From Candidatus Krumholzibacteriia bacterium (GTDB lineage: Bacteria > Krumholzibacteriota > Krumholzibacteriia > LZORAL124-64-63), in the NCBI GenBank assembly GCA_046484865.1, contig JAWOID010000029.1, forward strand, positions 1 through 64,000: a DNA stretch of 64,000 bases, in the 5' to 3' direction. The first letter of the stretch is position 1, and each line of letters opens with the position of its first letter. Below the pieces are notes generated by a model. The model was not told where the DNA came from. It saw only the letters and a list, made by a program, of their open reading frames with translations, and made no database searches. Of the stretch, positions 38,398 to 47,795 are shown in pieces. Both the position numbers and the translations under genes were made by a program.

Positions 38398-39714
38398 ATG
38401 ACCGACCGCCGCGTCCTGCTCCTGGTGACCGGCGGCATCGCCGTGTACAAGGCCTGCCTGCTGACCCGCCTGCTGGTGCAGGCGGGTCTTTCCGTCCGCG
38501 TCGGCATGACCGCTGCAGCCCAGCGATTCGTCAGCCCGCTCACCTTCCAGGTCCTCTCGGGTCACCCGGTCGCCACCGATCTGTGGGGCGACGGCCAGGG
38601 TCGGCCCATGGATCACATCGATCACGCCGCGTGGGCCGACGTGGCCGTGATGGCGCCGGCCACCGCGAACAGCCTTGCGCGGGCCGCCAACGGGCTGGCG
38701 GACGAGATCGTCTCCACGCTCCTGCTGGCGTTCCCCGGGCCGTTGCTCGTCGCACCCGCCATGAACGACCACATGTGGCGTCACCCGGCGACCCAGGCCA
38801 ACCTGGCGCGCCTGCGCGAGCGCGGCGTGCACGTGGTGGGGCCGGGCTCCGGCGACCTGGCCTGCGGTACCGTCGACGTGGGGCGCATGGCCGAGCCGGA
38901 GGAGATCCTCGCGGCGATCCAGGCGCTCATGGCCCTGGAGGGACCGAGGACGGACGCCTCGCCCGGGACGACCGCCGCCGCCGAGACGGCGGAGCCGCCC
39001 GCGCCCGCCGCGCGCACAGCGTCCGGAGTCGCCGCCGCATCGCCCTGGCGCGGCCGGCGAGTGCTGGTGACCGCCGGGCCCACCCACGAGCCGGTGGACG
39101 CCGTCCGGTACCTGGCCAATCGCTCCAGCGGCGCCCTGGGCTACGCCATCGCGGCTGCTGCGGCGAGCGCCGGCGCAGAGGTCACGCTCGTCTCGGGACC
39201 GGTGCAGCTCCTGCCTCCGCGCGGACTGCGCCGCGTGGTGCACGTGCAGACGGCCGGCGAGATGGCGGCCGCGGTGGCGGCCGGACTCGACGAGGGCTGC
39301 GACTGGCTGATCATGGCCGCTGCGGTGGCCGATTTCGCGCCGGCGCAGACCTCGCCGGGCAAGCTCAAGAAGGAGGCGCTCGGCGATGCCTGGCGCCTGG
39401 AACTGGTGCGCACTCCGGACGTGCTGGGAGACGTCGTGCCGCGGCACCGGGGGCCGCACACGCGGGTGGTGGGCTTCGCGCTCGAGACCGAGCACCTGCA
39501 GGAACGTGCCCTGGGCAAGCTGCGGAGCAAGCAGCTCGACTTCGTCGTCGCCAACGATCCGATCGCCGAGGGTGCGTTCGGCCCGGGCGAGCACGTCGTC
39601 CACCTGATCGGTCCCGCCGGCGAGATCTGGCAGAGCGAGCGGTTGCCGAAGCCGGCGATCGCGGCGGAACTGCTCCGGCGGCTGGCGCGGGCGACCGCGG
39701 AGGCGGATGGATGA
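38398..39714 (+). CDS. coaBC: Bifunctional phosphopantothenoylcysteine decarboxylase/ligase
   Basis: TGGIAVYK, APATAN, APAMN, LACG..G.RM.EP, TAGPT.E..D.VRY..N.SSG and VGFALET. Confidence 0.96.
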   Translation: MTDRRVLLLVTGGIAVYKACLLTRLLVQAGLSVRVGMTAAAQRFVSPLTFQVLSGHPVATDLWGDGQGRPMDHIDHAAWADVAVMAPATANSLARAANGLADEIVSTLLLAFPGPLLVAPAMNDHMWRHPATQANLARLRERGVHVVGPGSGDLACGTVDVGRMAEPEEILAAIQALMALEGPRTDASPGTTAAAETAEPPAPAARTASGVAAASPWRGRRVLVTAGPTHEPVDAVRYLANRSSGALGYAIAAAAASAGAEVTLVSGPVQLLPPRGLRRVVHVQTAGEMAAAVAAGLDEGCDWLIMAAAVADFAPAQTSPGKLKKEALGDAWRLELVRTPDVLGDVVPRHRGPHTRVVGFALETEHLQERALGKLRSKQLDFVVANDPIAEGAFGPGEHVVHLIGPAGEIWQSERLPKPAIAAELLRRLARATAEADG

Positions 39715-40688
39715 GCGCCGCCGATCGTGATGTCCGCCGCGCCGGGGGCGGCGACGCCGCCGTTTCCGGGGACGTGAGGGCCCTGCTCGCGGATCTGCGG
39801 ACCTATCTGCAGCAGCGTCGCGAGGACGGCATGGAGTGGGTCATCGCGCCGCCCTCGCCCGAGGCGATCCACGCTCAGCCCGAGGTCGAAGAGGAGTCGG
39901 CGCCGCAGGCGCCGGTCGCCCCGCCGCCGGCGGCAGCCGTGGAGCCGCAGCCTCCGCGGCCGGCTCCCGCGGCGGCGCGCGAGCAGGCGTTCGCCCGCGC
40001 GTGCGAGGCGTTCGTGGCCGACACGCTCGCCCGCATCGCCCGGCACGAGCAGGTCCTTCCCGCCCAGAGCAGCATCTTCGCCGCCCGCCAGGACGCCGCC
40101 GAGCCGTCGCGGACCTCGGCCGACAAGGCACGCGAACTCGCCGCCCTCGCGGCGGAGGTCGTGCCGTGCGTCGGGTGCAAGCTCCACGGGTCGCGCACCC
40201 GGACGGTGTTCGGCACCGGCAATCCCGACGCCGACCTGGTGCTGGTGGGAGAGGCGCCCGGACGCGACGAGGATCTGAGCGGGGAGCCGTTCGTCGGGCG
40301 CGCGGGTCAGCTGCTCGAGGAGATCCTCCGGGCGATCGGCTTCGCCCGCGACGACGTCTTCATCTGCAACGTCCTCAAGTGCCGGCCGCCCGGGAACCGC
40401 GATCCCGAGCCCGACGAGGTGACCGCCTGCGAGCCTTTCCTGCGGCGGCAATTGCAGATCATCGAGCCGCGGCTGGTCCTGTGTCTCGGCCGGGTGGCCG
40501 CGCAGTCGCTCCTGGGGACCCGGGCCCCGCTCGCCAAGCTGCGCGAGTCGGTCCACTTCTACGCCGGCATCCCGGTGCTGGCCACCTACCATCCCGCTGC
40601 GCTGCTGCGCAACGCGGCCTGGAAGCGGCCCACCTGGGACGACGTGCGCAAGGCGCGCGCCCTCCACGACGCCCTCCGGCGGGGCTGA
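39711..40688 (+). CDS. udg: Family 4 (Fe-S) uracil-DNA glycosylase
   Basis: [33 protein letters not shown] and TYHPAALLR. Confidence 0.93.
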   Translation: MSAADRDVRRAGGGDAAVSGDVRALLADLRTYLQQRREDGMEWVIAPPSPEAIHAQPEVEEESAPQAPVAPPPAAAVEPQPPRPAPAAAREQAFARACEAFVADTLARIARHEQVLPAQSSIFAARQDAAEPSRTSADKARELAALAAEVVPCVGCKLHGSRTRTVFGTGNPDADLVLVGEAPGRDEDLSGEPFVGRAGQLLEEILRAIGFARDDVFICNVLKCRPPGNRDPEPDEVTACEPFLRRQLQIIEPRLVLCLGRVAAQSLLGTRAPLAKLRESVHFYAGIPVLATYHPAALLRNAAWKRPTWDDVRKARALHDALRRG

Positions 40689-40697
40689 GGCGGCGCC

Positions 40698-42227
40698 TCA
40701 GCCGATCAGCACCGGCATTCCCATCAGCGGCCAGATCAGCCAGACGAAGAGTGCCGTCACCGCCATCAGCAGGATGGTGGCCGGCACTCCGGCCGCGAAG
40801 AACTCGCCGGTGGTGAACTGCTTGCTCTCGTAGGCGATGGCGTTCGGCGCCGCCCCCACCAGGAGCAGGAACGGCATGCCGGCGGCCACCAGACAGGAGA
40901 ACAGCACGACCTCGGGCGCCACCCCCAGGAACGGCGCCATGGTGAGCGCCACCGGCATGCTGATGGCGATGGCGGCCACGTTCATGATGAAGTTCGTCAT
41001 CAGGAGCACGAAGAAGGCCACCCCCAGCACGAACACCAGCCAGGGGGCGTCCTTGAGCAGGGTCAGCCAGTTGATGGCCAGCCACTGAGCGGCTCCGGTC
41101 TGCCAGAGGCAGAAGCCGATGCTCATGGCGCCGCCGAAGAGCAGGATGATGTTCCAGGGGACGGACTCGAGATCCTTGACGTCCAGGATCTTCAGCACGA
41201 AGAAGAGCGCGGTGGTGCAGAGGATCACGGCGCTCTTGTGCAGCGGCTCGAGGAACGGCACGAAGCTGCGCAGGCTCAGCGCCAGGATCGCCGTGACCAC
41301 GATGACGATGGTGAGGATCTCCTGGGACCGCATGGGTCCGAGCTGCGCGTAGAGGTGCCGGGCGCGGTCGCGGAGACCGGGGATGGTCTTCTGCTCCGGC
41401 CGGTAGAGCAGCAGCATGTAGAGCCACAGCAGCACCGTCATGAGCGCGCCCACCGGAAGCATGTACTTGGTGAGTCCGAAGAACGTGATCTCGTAGCCGA
41501 CGATCTCCCGGAAGAACCCGATGGCCACCGCCGCGCGCGCCGCGCCCAGCAGGGTGATGATGCTGCCGGCGCCCGCCACGTAGGCCATGCCGATGAACAG
41601 CCCCTTGCCGAAGCGGGTGGGACGATCGCCGTCGTCGTACATGCCGTTGATGGTGGTCAGCAGCGGGAAGACGGCGGCGGCCACCGCGGTGTGGGCCATG
41701 ATGAGGGTCATCATCGACGTCATCAAGAACGAACCCAGGTAGATGATGCTCGTGCGCTCGCCGATGACCGAGAGCATCCGGTAGGCGATGCGCCGCGTCA
41801 GCCCCGTCTTGGAGAAGGTCATCCCGATGACGATGGAGCCGAAGATGAACCAGACCGACGGGTCCATGAAGTCGGTAAAGGCGGTGTCGGCGTCGCGGAT
41901 GTGGAAGAGCACCTGGACGATACCGATGACGATGCCCGTCACGCCGATGGGCACCACCTCGAACACCCACCAGATGCCCGCCCACAGGAAGAGGCCGATC
42001 GCCAGGCGACCCTCCCGCGACAGCGGGTAGCGGTCGCCGTTGGGATCCACGGCGTCGGTCCACTCGGGCGAGAGGTAGACGGCGAAGAAGAGTCCCATGC
42101 CCAGGAGGATGAAGAAGAGCCGGCGCCAGTCGACGGTGGCGGGGCGCCGGGGCGGGGCCACCGCGACGTCGCCACCACCTCTGCGCTGCTGGACTCCGGG
42201 CGGCGTCGAGGCTTCGAGCCTGGCCAT
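40698..42227 (-). CDS. SLC13/DASS family anion permease
   Basis: Highly hydrophobic; WWVFEVVPIGVTG, PWNIILLFGG, TNFIMNVAA and GAAPNAIAY. ATG 42227 follows SD AAGGAG. Confidence 0.88.
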   Translation of the reverse strand: MARLEASTPPGVQQRRGGGDVAVAPPRRPATVDWRRLFFILLGMGLFFAVYLSPEWTDAVDPNGDRYPLSREGRLAIGLFLWAGIWWVFEVVPIGVTGIVIGIVQVLFHIRDADTAFTDFMDPSVWFIFGSIVIGMTFSKTGLTRRIAYRMLSVIGERTSIIYLGSFLMTSMMTLIMAHTAVAAAVFPLLTTINGMYDDGDRPTRFGKGLFIGMAYVAGAGSIITLLGAARAAVAIGFFREIVGYEITFFGLTKYMLPVGALMTVLLWLYMLLLYRPEQKTIPGLRDRARHLYAQLGPMRSQEILTIVIVVTAILALSLRSFVPFLEPLHKSAVILCTTALFFVLKILDVKDLESVPWNIILLFGGAMSIGFCLWQTGAAQWLAINWLTLLKDAPWLVFVLGVAFFVLLMTNFIMNVAAIAISMPVALTMAPFLGVAPEVVLFSCLVAAGMPFLLLVGAAPNAIAYESKQFTTGEFFAAGVPATILLMAVTALFVWLIWPLMGMPVLIG

Positions 42228-42344
42228 GGACCGCGACTCCTTGGTTGTCCAGCCGGGAGGCCGGAGTCCGCAAAGCCGCCGCCGCAACTCGGCGCGCGGC
42301 CGCGGGATGGCCGCTCCAATGTATCCGGCGATCCGGTTGCAGGC

Positions 42345-42374
42345 AAGTGGTTGTAAAAAAATTATCAACCACTT
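42345..42374. promoter_or_regulatory. Perfect 9-bp inverted repeat in an AT-rich divergent intergenic region
   Basis: AAGTGGTTG-N12-CAACCACTT. Confidence 0.55.
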
Positions 42375-42444
42375 ATTATCTAGCTATGCGCGATGATGTT
42401 GCGCATGCCCGGGCCGTTGACCACGACGACTCAGGAGGTTCTCC

Positions 42445-43074
42445 ATGACGGCCGCCACGAATCCGCGCGCAGCCGCCACGAGCATTCTTTCCCGCCTCCT
42501 GCGCGGGAACGAGGGGTACGCCGCCGGCCGGCCGGAGCGGCCGCGTCGCGACCGCCAGCCCTGCCGCGAACTCTGCGCCGGACAGAGTCCGGTGGCGGTG
42601 GTGATCGGCTGCTCCGATTCGCGGGTATCCCCGGAGATCGTGTTCGACCAGGGATGCGGCGATCTCTTCGTGATCAGAACGGCGGGCCACGTGCTCGACG
42701 GCGCCTCCCTGGCGAGCCTCGAGTTCGGAGTGGTCTCGCTGAGCATTCCGCTGGTGGTCGTGCTGGGCCACACCGGCTGCGGCGCCGTGAAGGCGGCGGT
42801 GGGCGGCGCCGGTGGCGGTCACCACCTGCCCGGCCTGCTGCGTCAGATCACCCCTGCGGTGCCGGACACCCTGGCCGACGGGGAGGATCCGGTCCACGCG
42901 ACGGTGCTGAGGCACCTCGGCCGCACCGTCACGCATCTGCGCCAGGCGGACCCGACGGTCGCGCCGCGCCACGCCCGCGGCGAGGTGACGGTCGTGGGGA
43001 TGCTCCAGGACCTGGCCACCCACCGGGTGAGCGTGATGCACGGTATTCCCGACGACGCGCCGGTCAGCTCCTGA
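42445..43074 (+). CDS. Beta-class carbonic anhydrase
   Basis: Zinc-ligand motifs GCSDSRV and VLGHTGCGAV; GDLFVIRTAG; SD AGGAGG. Confidence 0.93.
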   Translation: MTAATNPRAAATSILSRLLRGNEGYAAGRPERPRRDRQPCRELCAGQSPVAVVIGCSDSRVSPEIVFDQGCGDLFVIRTAGHVLDGASLASLEFGVVSLSIPLVVVLGHTGCGAVKAAVGGAGGGHHLPGLLRQITPAVPDTLADGEDPVHATVLRHLGRTVTHLRQADPTVAPRHARGEVTVVGMLQDLATHRVSVMHGIPDDAPVSS

Positions 43075-44002
43075 CGGCCACCAGCAGCGGGAACTCGAAG
43101 GCGGGGTCGCATCCGGTCACCGGCGGATGGCGGGCGATGCCGCCGAGTCCGGCGGACCGCAGCAGCGCGTCCAGTTCCCCGTCGCGATAGGCTCGATGAG
43201 CCTGCACGTAGCGCTGCGGCGGCGAGCCGTCGGCGGCGGCGATCCAGTGCACGTCGACCATGGCGCTGGCCGCGTCGTCCCACGCCCATTCCTGCAGCCA
43301 GAGCTGCAGCCCGTCGTGGAACGGCGAACGGTCGCAGACCTCCCACGAGCGCTCGTCGTCGCGCGGGAAGCTGTCCCACGGCTGGTACTCCAGCACGAGG
43401 AGTCCGCCCGGCTCCAGGCAGGCCGCGAGCCGTTCCAGCAGCGGCGGCAGCGACTCCGGAGCGAGCGCGTGGAACTCCCCGAACCAGAAGGTCACCGCCG
43501 CCAGAGGTCCCACCCGCTGCGGCAGGTCCGCGGGCAGCCGCGTCACGTCCTCCTGCAGGAAGAGGCACGGCAGCCCCGCCGCCGCCGCTTCCTGGCGGGC
43601 ATGTCTCAGGGCCGCCGGCGCGAAGTCCACTCCGACGGTCGGCCAGCCACGGCGCGCCAGCTCGTGGGCGTAGAGGCCAGGACCACAGGTGACGTCGAGG
43701 ATCCGCCAGGGCCGGCCCGCTGCACCCTGGTCCCGCCCGCCGGCGGGATCGGTGCCGGCGGGTCCCCGCGGATCGCGGCGCCGGCGGTGGCGCGCAAGCT
43801 GCTGCTCGAGCCAGTCCACGTGGCGTTCGATCACCCAGCCGGCTCGACTCGCCATGTGGGTGGTGTCGTCCAGATGCACCGCCAGCATGCGCTCGCTGAA
43901 CGCCGGGTCGCTCCACGGCGGTTGACGCACGTCGCCGGCGCGCGGTGGATGCTCGGCGGCCGCCAGCCGGCGCAGGAAGCTCTCGAGGTCGGCACGGTCC
44001 AC
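43064..44002 (-). CDS. Class I SAM-dependent methyltransferase
   Basis: ILDVTCGPGLY, GVDF and LEPGGLLVLE; N-terminal W.DP.FSERML..HLD....ASR. Confidence 0.82.
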   Translation of the reverse strand: MDRADLESFLRRLAAAEHPPRAGDVRQPPWSDPAFSERMLAVHLDDTTHMASRAGWVIERHVDWLEQQLARHRRRRDPRGPAGTDPAGGRDQGAAGRPWRILDVTCGPGLYAHELARRGWPTVGVDFAPAALRHARQEAAAAGLPCLFLQEDVTRLPADLPQRVGPLAAVTFWFGEFHALAPESLPPLLERLAACLEPGGLLVLEYQPWDSFPRDDERSWEVCDRSPFHDGLQLWLQEWAWDDAASAMVDVHWIAAADGSPPQRYVQAHRAYRDGELDALLRSAGLGGIARHPPVTGCDPAFEFPLLVAVRS

Positions 44003-44017
44003 GGTTCCCTCCCTGGC

Positions 44018-44231
44018 TCATCCCCAGGCGGGCACGGTTGTCCCCAGCGCGGGAATGGCCTGGCTGAAGCGGCCTCGACGGGATTCGCGCCCCCCGGCGC
44101 CGCGCACCACCCTGAACCCGGCGGGTTGTCCCCCGCCGGTGACGGTTTTTCCCCGTCTTGTCCCCGCCGACACCCGGCCCGCGGGGGAGAACTGGCCCGT
44201 CTTGTCCCCGGCAATCCCGCCTCTGTCCCCA
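44018..44231 (+). repeat. Cluster of about 8 DnaA-box-like 9-mers (consensus near TTGTCCCC[A/G])
   Basis: TCATCCCCA 44018, TTGTCCCCA 44038, TTGTCCCCC 44126, TTTTCCCCG 44147, TTGTCCCCG 44158, reverse TTCTCCCCC near 44183, TTGTCCCCG 44202 and CTGTCCCCA 44223. Confidence 0.6.
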
Positions 44232-44367
44232 GGCGAGACGGAGAGGCCGGTCCGGGGCGTGGTATTGTTGCCGTTCGGCCGCGCGAGACCGGCGCAGGCC
44301 GGACCGGGCGGTCCCGTGCCGCCACCGGCGCTCCGGACACGAAGCGCAGCCGCAGGAGACGTTCTCG

Positions 44368-45744
44368 TTGGAGACCCGCGCCGAACATCAGGAAGGCCTC
44401 CGTGACTCGGCCGCCCCGCCGCGACCTGGCGAACGCCAGGCGCCGGCCAACCTGGACGCCGAACGCGCCGTGCTCGGCGCCATCCTCCTGGACCGCGAGG
44501 CCGTGGGCATCGCCCGCGAGAAGATCGAGGGCCCGGAGTTCTACCGCAAGGAGCACCGCCTGATCTACCAGGCGATGTGCCACCTCTACGAGATCGATCA
44601 GGCCATCGATCCCATCACCGTGGCCGAGGCTCTGGAGAAGGAAGGCGCGCTCGCCGAGGCCGGCGGCATCGACTACGTGGCCGACCTCGCCGCGATCGTG
44701 GCCACGGCCGCGAACGTCGGCTATCACGCCGCCATCATCAAGGACAAGGCCGTCCTGCGCGAGCTGATCCACGCATCCACCCTCATCGCCGCCGAGGCGT
44801 ACGAGGGGCAGGACGAGACGCCGGCGATCCTGGACCGCGCGCAGGGCCGCATCTACTCCGTCGGCGAGCAGGCCCGGCGCGGCGGCTTCGAGGGCGTGGA
44901 CCAGGTGGTGCCCGACACCTTCAAGGCCATCGAGGAGGCGTTCCGCAACCAGAGCGAGGTCACCGGCCTGCGCACCGGCTTCAAGGAGCTGGACTTCCGG
45001 CTCAGCGGCCTGCAGCCGGCCGACCTCCTCATCCTGGCCGCGCGGCCGTCGATGGGCAAGACCAGCCTCGCGCTGAACCTCGCCTACAACGTGGCCACCC
45101 GCGAGGACGTGGGTGTGGCCATCTTCAGCCTCGAGATGAGCGCTCAGCAGCTGGTCCTGCGCATGCTTTGCTCCGCCACCGGATTCAATCTCCACAGCCT
45201 GCGCCGGGGCAAGCTGGAGGCGCGCGACTTCCCCCGCCTCATGGAGGCGTGCGACCGGCTCTCCCGCACTCCCATCTACATCGACGACACCGGCGGGCTG
45301 TCGGTCCTGGAGATGAAGTCGAAGACGCGGCGCCTGCAGCAGCAACGGGGTGTGGGCCTCGTGATCATCGACTACCTGCAGCTGATGACGAGCCATGCGC
45401 GCGTCGAGAACCGGCAGCAGGAGATCTCTCAGATCAGCCGCTACCTGAAGGGCATGGCCAAGGATCTGAACGTTCCGGTCGTCGCGCTCAGCCAGCTCTC
45501 GCGGGCCGTGGAGGCGCGCAGCGACCACAAGCCGATGCTCTCGGACCTGCGCGAGTCGGGCAGCCTGGAGCAGGACGCGGACGTGGTCATGTTCATCTAC
45601 CGCGAGGAGGTCTACCGGCCGGACGATCCGGCGGTGGAGAATCTCGCCACCATCATCATCGGCAAGCAACGCAACGGTCCCACGGGACAGTTCGACCTGC
45701 ACTTCCACAAGGAATACACCCGGTTCTCGGACCTGGTGCGCTGA
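44368..45744 (+). CDS. dnaB: Replicative DNA helicase
   Basis: AERAVLGAIL, ARPSMGKT, FSLEM, IDYLQL, LSQLSR and SDLRESGSLEQDAD. TTG start after AGGAG; no intein. Confidence 0.97.
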   Translation: METRAEHQEGLRDSAAPPRPGERQAPANLDAERAVLGAILLDREAVGIAREKIEGPEFYRKEHRLIYQAMCHLYEIDQAIDPITVAEALEKEGALAEAGGIDYVADLAAIVATAANVGYHAAIIKDKAVLRELIHASTLIAAEAYEGQDETPAILDRAQGRIYSVGEQARRGGFEGVDQVVPDTFKAIEEAFRNQSEVTGLRTGFKELDFRLSGLQPADLLILAARPSMGKTSLALNLAYNVATREDVGVAIFSLEMSAQQLVLRMLCSATGFNLHSLRRGKLEARDFPRLMEACDRLSRTPIYIDDTGGLSVLEMKSKTRRLQQQRGVGLVIIDYLQLMTSHARVENRQQEISQISRYLKGMAKDLNVPVVALSQLSRAVEARSDHKPMLSDLRESGSLEQDADVVMFIYREEVYRPDDPAVENLATIIIGKQRNGPTGQFDLHFHKEYTRFSDLVR

Positions 45745-45760
45745 CCGAGGGATCACGAGC

Positions 45761-46804
45761 ATGCCGCGCCGCCCGATCCTCGTCGACCTGGACCAGCCCC
45801 TCACGGGCCAGCGGTGCTTCATCAGCGCCTGGCTCGTGCCGGCGCCGGGCGCGGACGGCGGCACGGGCTGGCTGCTGGTGGATCCGGGTCCGCCGTCCAC
45901 GGCCGACGTGCTCCTGCGAGCGCTGCAGGCGCGGGGGGTGGAACGCCTCGAGCTGGTGCTGCTCACGCACGTGCATCTGGATCACGCCGGCGCCACGAGC
46001 GCCGTCCTGCAGAGGTACCCGGAGGCCCGGGTGGCCGTCCACGAGCGCGGCCGCGAGCATCTGCTCGACCCGGAGCGTCTCTGGCACGGGTCGCTGCGGG
46101 TGCTCGGCCCGGTGGCCGAGGTCTACGGGCGCCCGCGACCGGTCCCGGCCGCGGCGCTGGCCACCGGCGACGAACTCGCGGCCTGCGGCGTACGGACGGT
46201 GCCGACGCCGGGGCACGCCGCCCATCATCAGAGCTTCGTCCACGGCGACACGCTGTATGTGGGCGAGGCGGCCGGAACCTACCTCGATGAGGAGGCCGAG
46301 GGCTTCGCTGCGGCGTTGCCCGAGGCCGTTCGCGGGGCGGGGACCGGGACGGAGCCTGGCGCGGGTTTCTACCTGAGACCCGCAACCCCTCCCCGTTTCT
46401 TTCCCGGCGCGGCCCTGGGCAGCCTCGAGCGCCTGATCGGCCTCGATCCCGCGCCGCGGCACGTGGCCTTCGCACACCACGGCCTGCACACCGGAGACAC
46501 GCGCGCCCTGCTCGCCGCGGCGCGCGATCAGCTGCTCGCCTGGCTGGAAACGGCGCGGGAGGAAGCGAGGGACCACCTCGCGCGGATCGCCGCTGCCGGC
46601 ACGGACGCCGCTCCCGCGCCTCTTTCACCGCAGGATCTCGCCGCCTTCGCGGAGCGGACCGCCGCCCGGCTGCGGTCCGTCGACCCTCACTTCCGGCGCA
46701 TCGACCGGCTGCCGCCGGACATCCGCGAGCGGGAGGAACAGTTCACCCTGCAGACCCTGCTGGGCATCCTCGACCACCTCGAGCGCACCGCCGCCGCGGC
46801 TTGA
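45761..46804 (+). CDS. MBL-fold metallo-hydrolase
   Basis: THVHLDHAG (HxHxDH), TPGHAAHH and FAH. Confidence 0.88.
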   Translation: MPRRPILVDLDQPLTGQRCFISAWLVPAPGADGGTGWLLVDPGPPSTADVLLRALQARGVERLELVLLTHVHLDHAGATSAVLQRYPEARVAVHERGREHLLDPERLWHGSLRVLGPVAEVYGRPRPVPAAALATGDELAACGVRTVPTPGHAAHHQSFVHGDTLYVGEAAGTYLDEEAEGFAAALPEAVRGAGTGTEPGAGFYLRPATPPRFFPGAALGSLERLIGLDPAPRHVAFAHHGLHTGDTRALLAAARDQLLAWLETAREEARDHLARIAAAGTDAAPAPLSPQDLAAFAERTAARLRSVDPHFRRIDRLPPDIREREEQFTLQTLLGILDHLERTAAAA

Positions 46805-46949
46805 AGAGGCCGAGCCGACGCCACCGGACGACCGGCCCGTCCGTCCCTCGCGGCGCGCCGGTGGCCGCGCGAATCGGGAGGGCAGGGGCGGGTATCGCCT
46901 GCCCTCACTGGTGGACTCGCCTCCGGGTCGCAGCTATATTCGCGCGGTC

Positions 46950-47735
46950 ATGAATTCTCTTGCACGCTCGATCGGTCGTCTCGTCTTCGGGTACCTGGCC
47001 ATCACCGGTCGGGGCACCATGCTGCTCGTGGACATCCTCCGTCAACTGCCGGCCACGTGGCACATGCGGCGCGAGACGCTGGAGCAGATGAACGTCGTGG
47101 CGGTAGGGTCGTTGCCGCTGGTGATCACCACGGCCGTGTTCGTGGGTGCGGTGACGGCGGTGCAGGCCGTCTACCAGATGCAGGCGTACGTGCCGATGGT
47201 GTTCCTCGGCACGATCATCTCGAAGTCGGTATTCATCGAGCTGGGTCCGGTGCTCACGGCGCTGGTGGTGGGTGGCCGCTTGACGGCGAACTACGCGGCG
47301 GAACTCGGCACCATGAAGGTCACCGAGCAGCTCGACGCCATGGAGATCATGGCGATCGAGCCGGTGCGCTACCTGGCCTTGCCGCGTTTCCTGGCGGCGG
47401 TGCTCATGCTGCCGGTAATCACGGTCTTCGCCAACGCCATCGCCGTCACGGGCGGGTTCCTGGTCTCGATCCTCACCCTGGACATCACCGCCTCCACCTT
47501 CGTGGAGGGGTTGCGCATGTTCTGGAAACCGAGCGACCTGATCAGCGGGCTGTTGAAGTCGTACATCTTCGGGGGCATCATCGCCATGTCCGGGATCTAC
47601 TTCGGCATGGCCACCAGCGGCGGCGCCGAGGGTGTGGGCAAGAACACCATGGCTGCGGTGGTGGCGAGCTGCCTGAGCGTGCTGGTGGCGGATTATCTCC
47701 TGGCGGCGCTGCTGTTCCAGGTGATCTTCGAGTGA
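46950..47735 (+). CDS. mlaE: MlaE family ABC permease
   Basis: ELGPVLTAL, AELGTMKVTEQLDA and GGAEGVG. Confidence 0.93.
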   Translation: MNSLARSIGRLVFGYLAITGRGTMLLVDILRQLPATWHMRRETLEQMNVVAVGSLPLVITTAVFVGAVTAVQAVYQMQAYVPMVFLGTIISKSVFIELGPVLTALVVGGRLTANYAAELGTMKVTEQLDAMEIMAIEPVRYLALPRFLAAVLMLPVITVFANAIAVTGGFLVSILTLDITASTFVEGLRMFWKPSDLISGLLKSYIFGGIIAMSGIYFGMATSGGAEGVGKNTMAAVVASCLSVLVADYLLAALLFQVIFE

Positions 47736-47795
47736 ACCGGGATCTCCGGCCGTGGCGACGCGGGTGCGCGCCGGGTCGGAGCGCGAGAGGATGCC

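Noticed and set aside
42345..42374. Possible dif (XerCD) site
   Set aside because: It does not match the 11-6-11 dif layout or the TTATGTTAAAT XerD arm. It is kept only as a generic inverted repeat.
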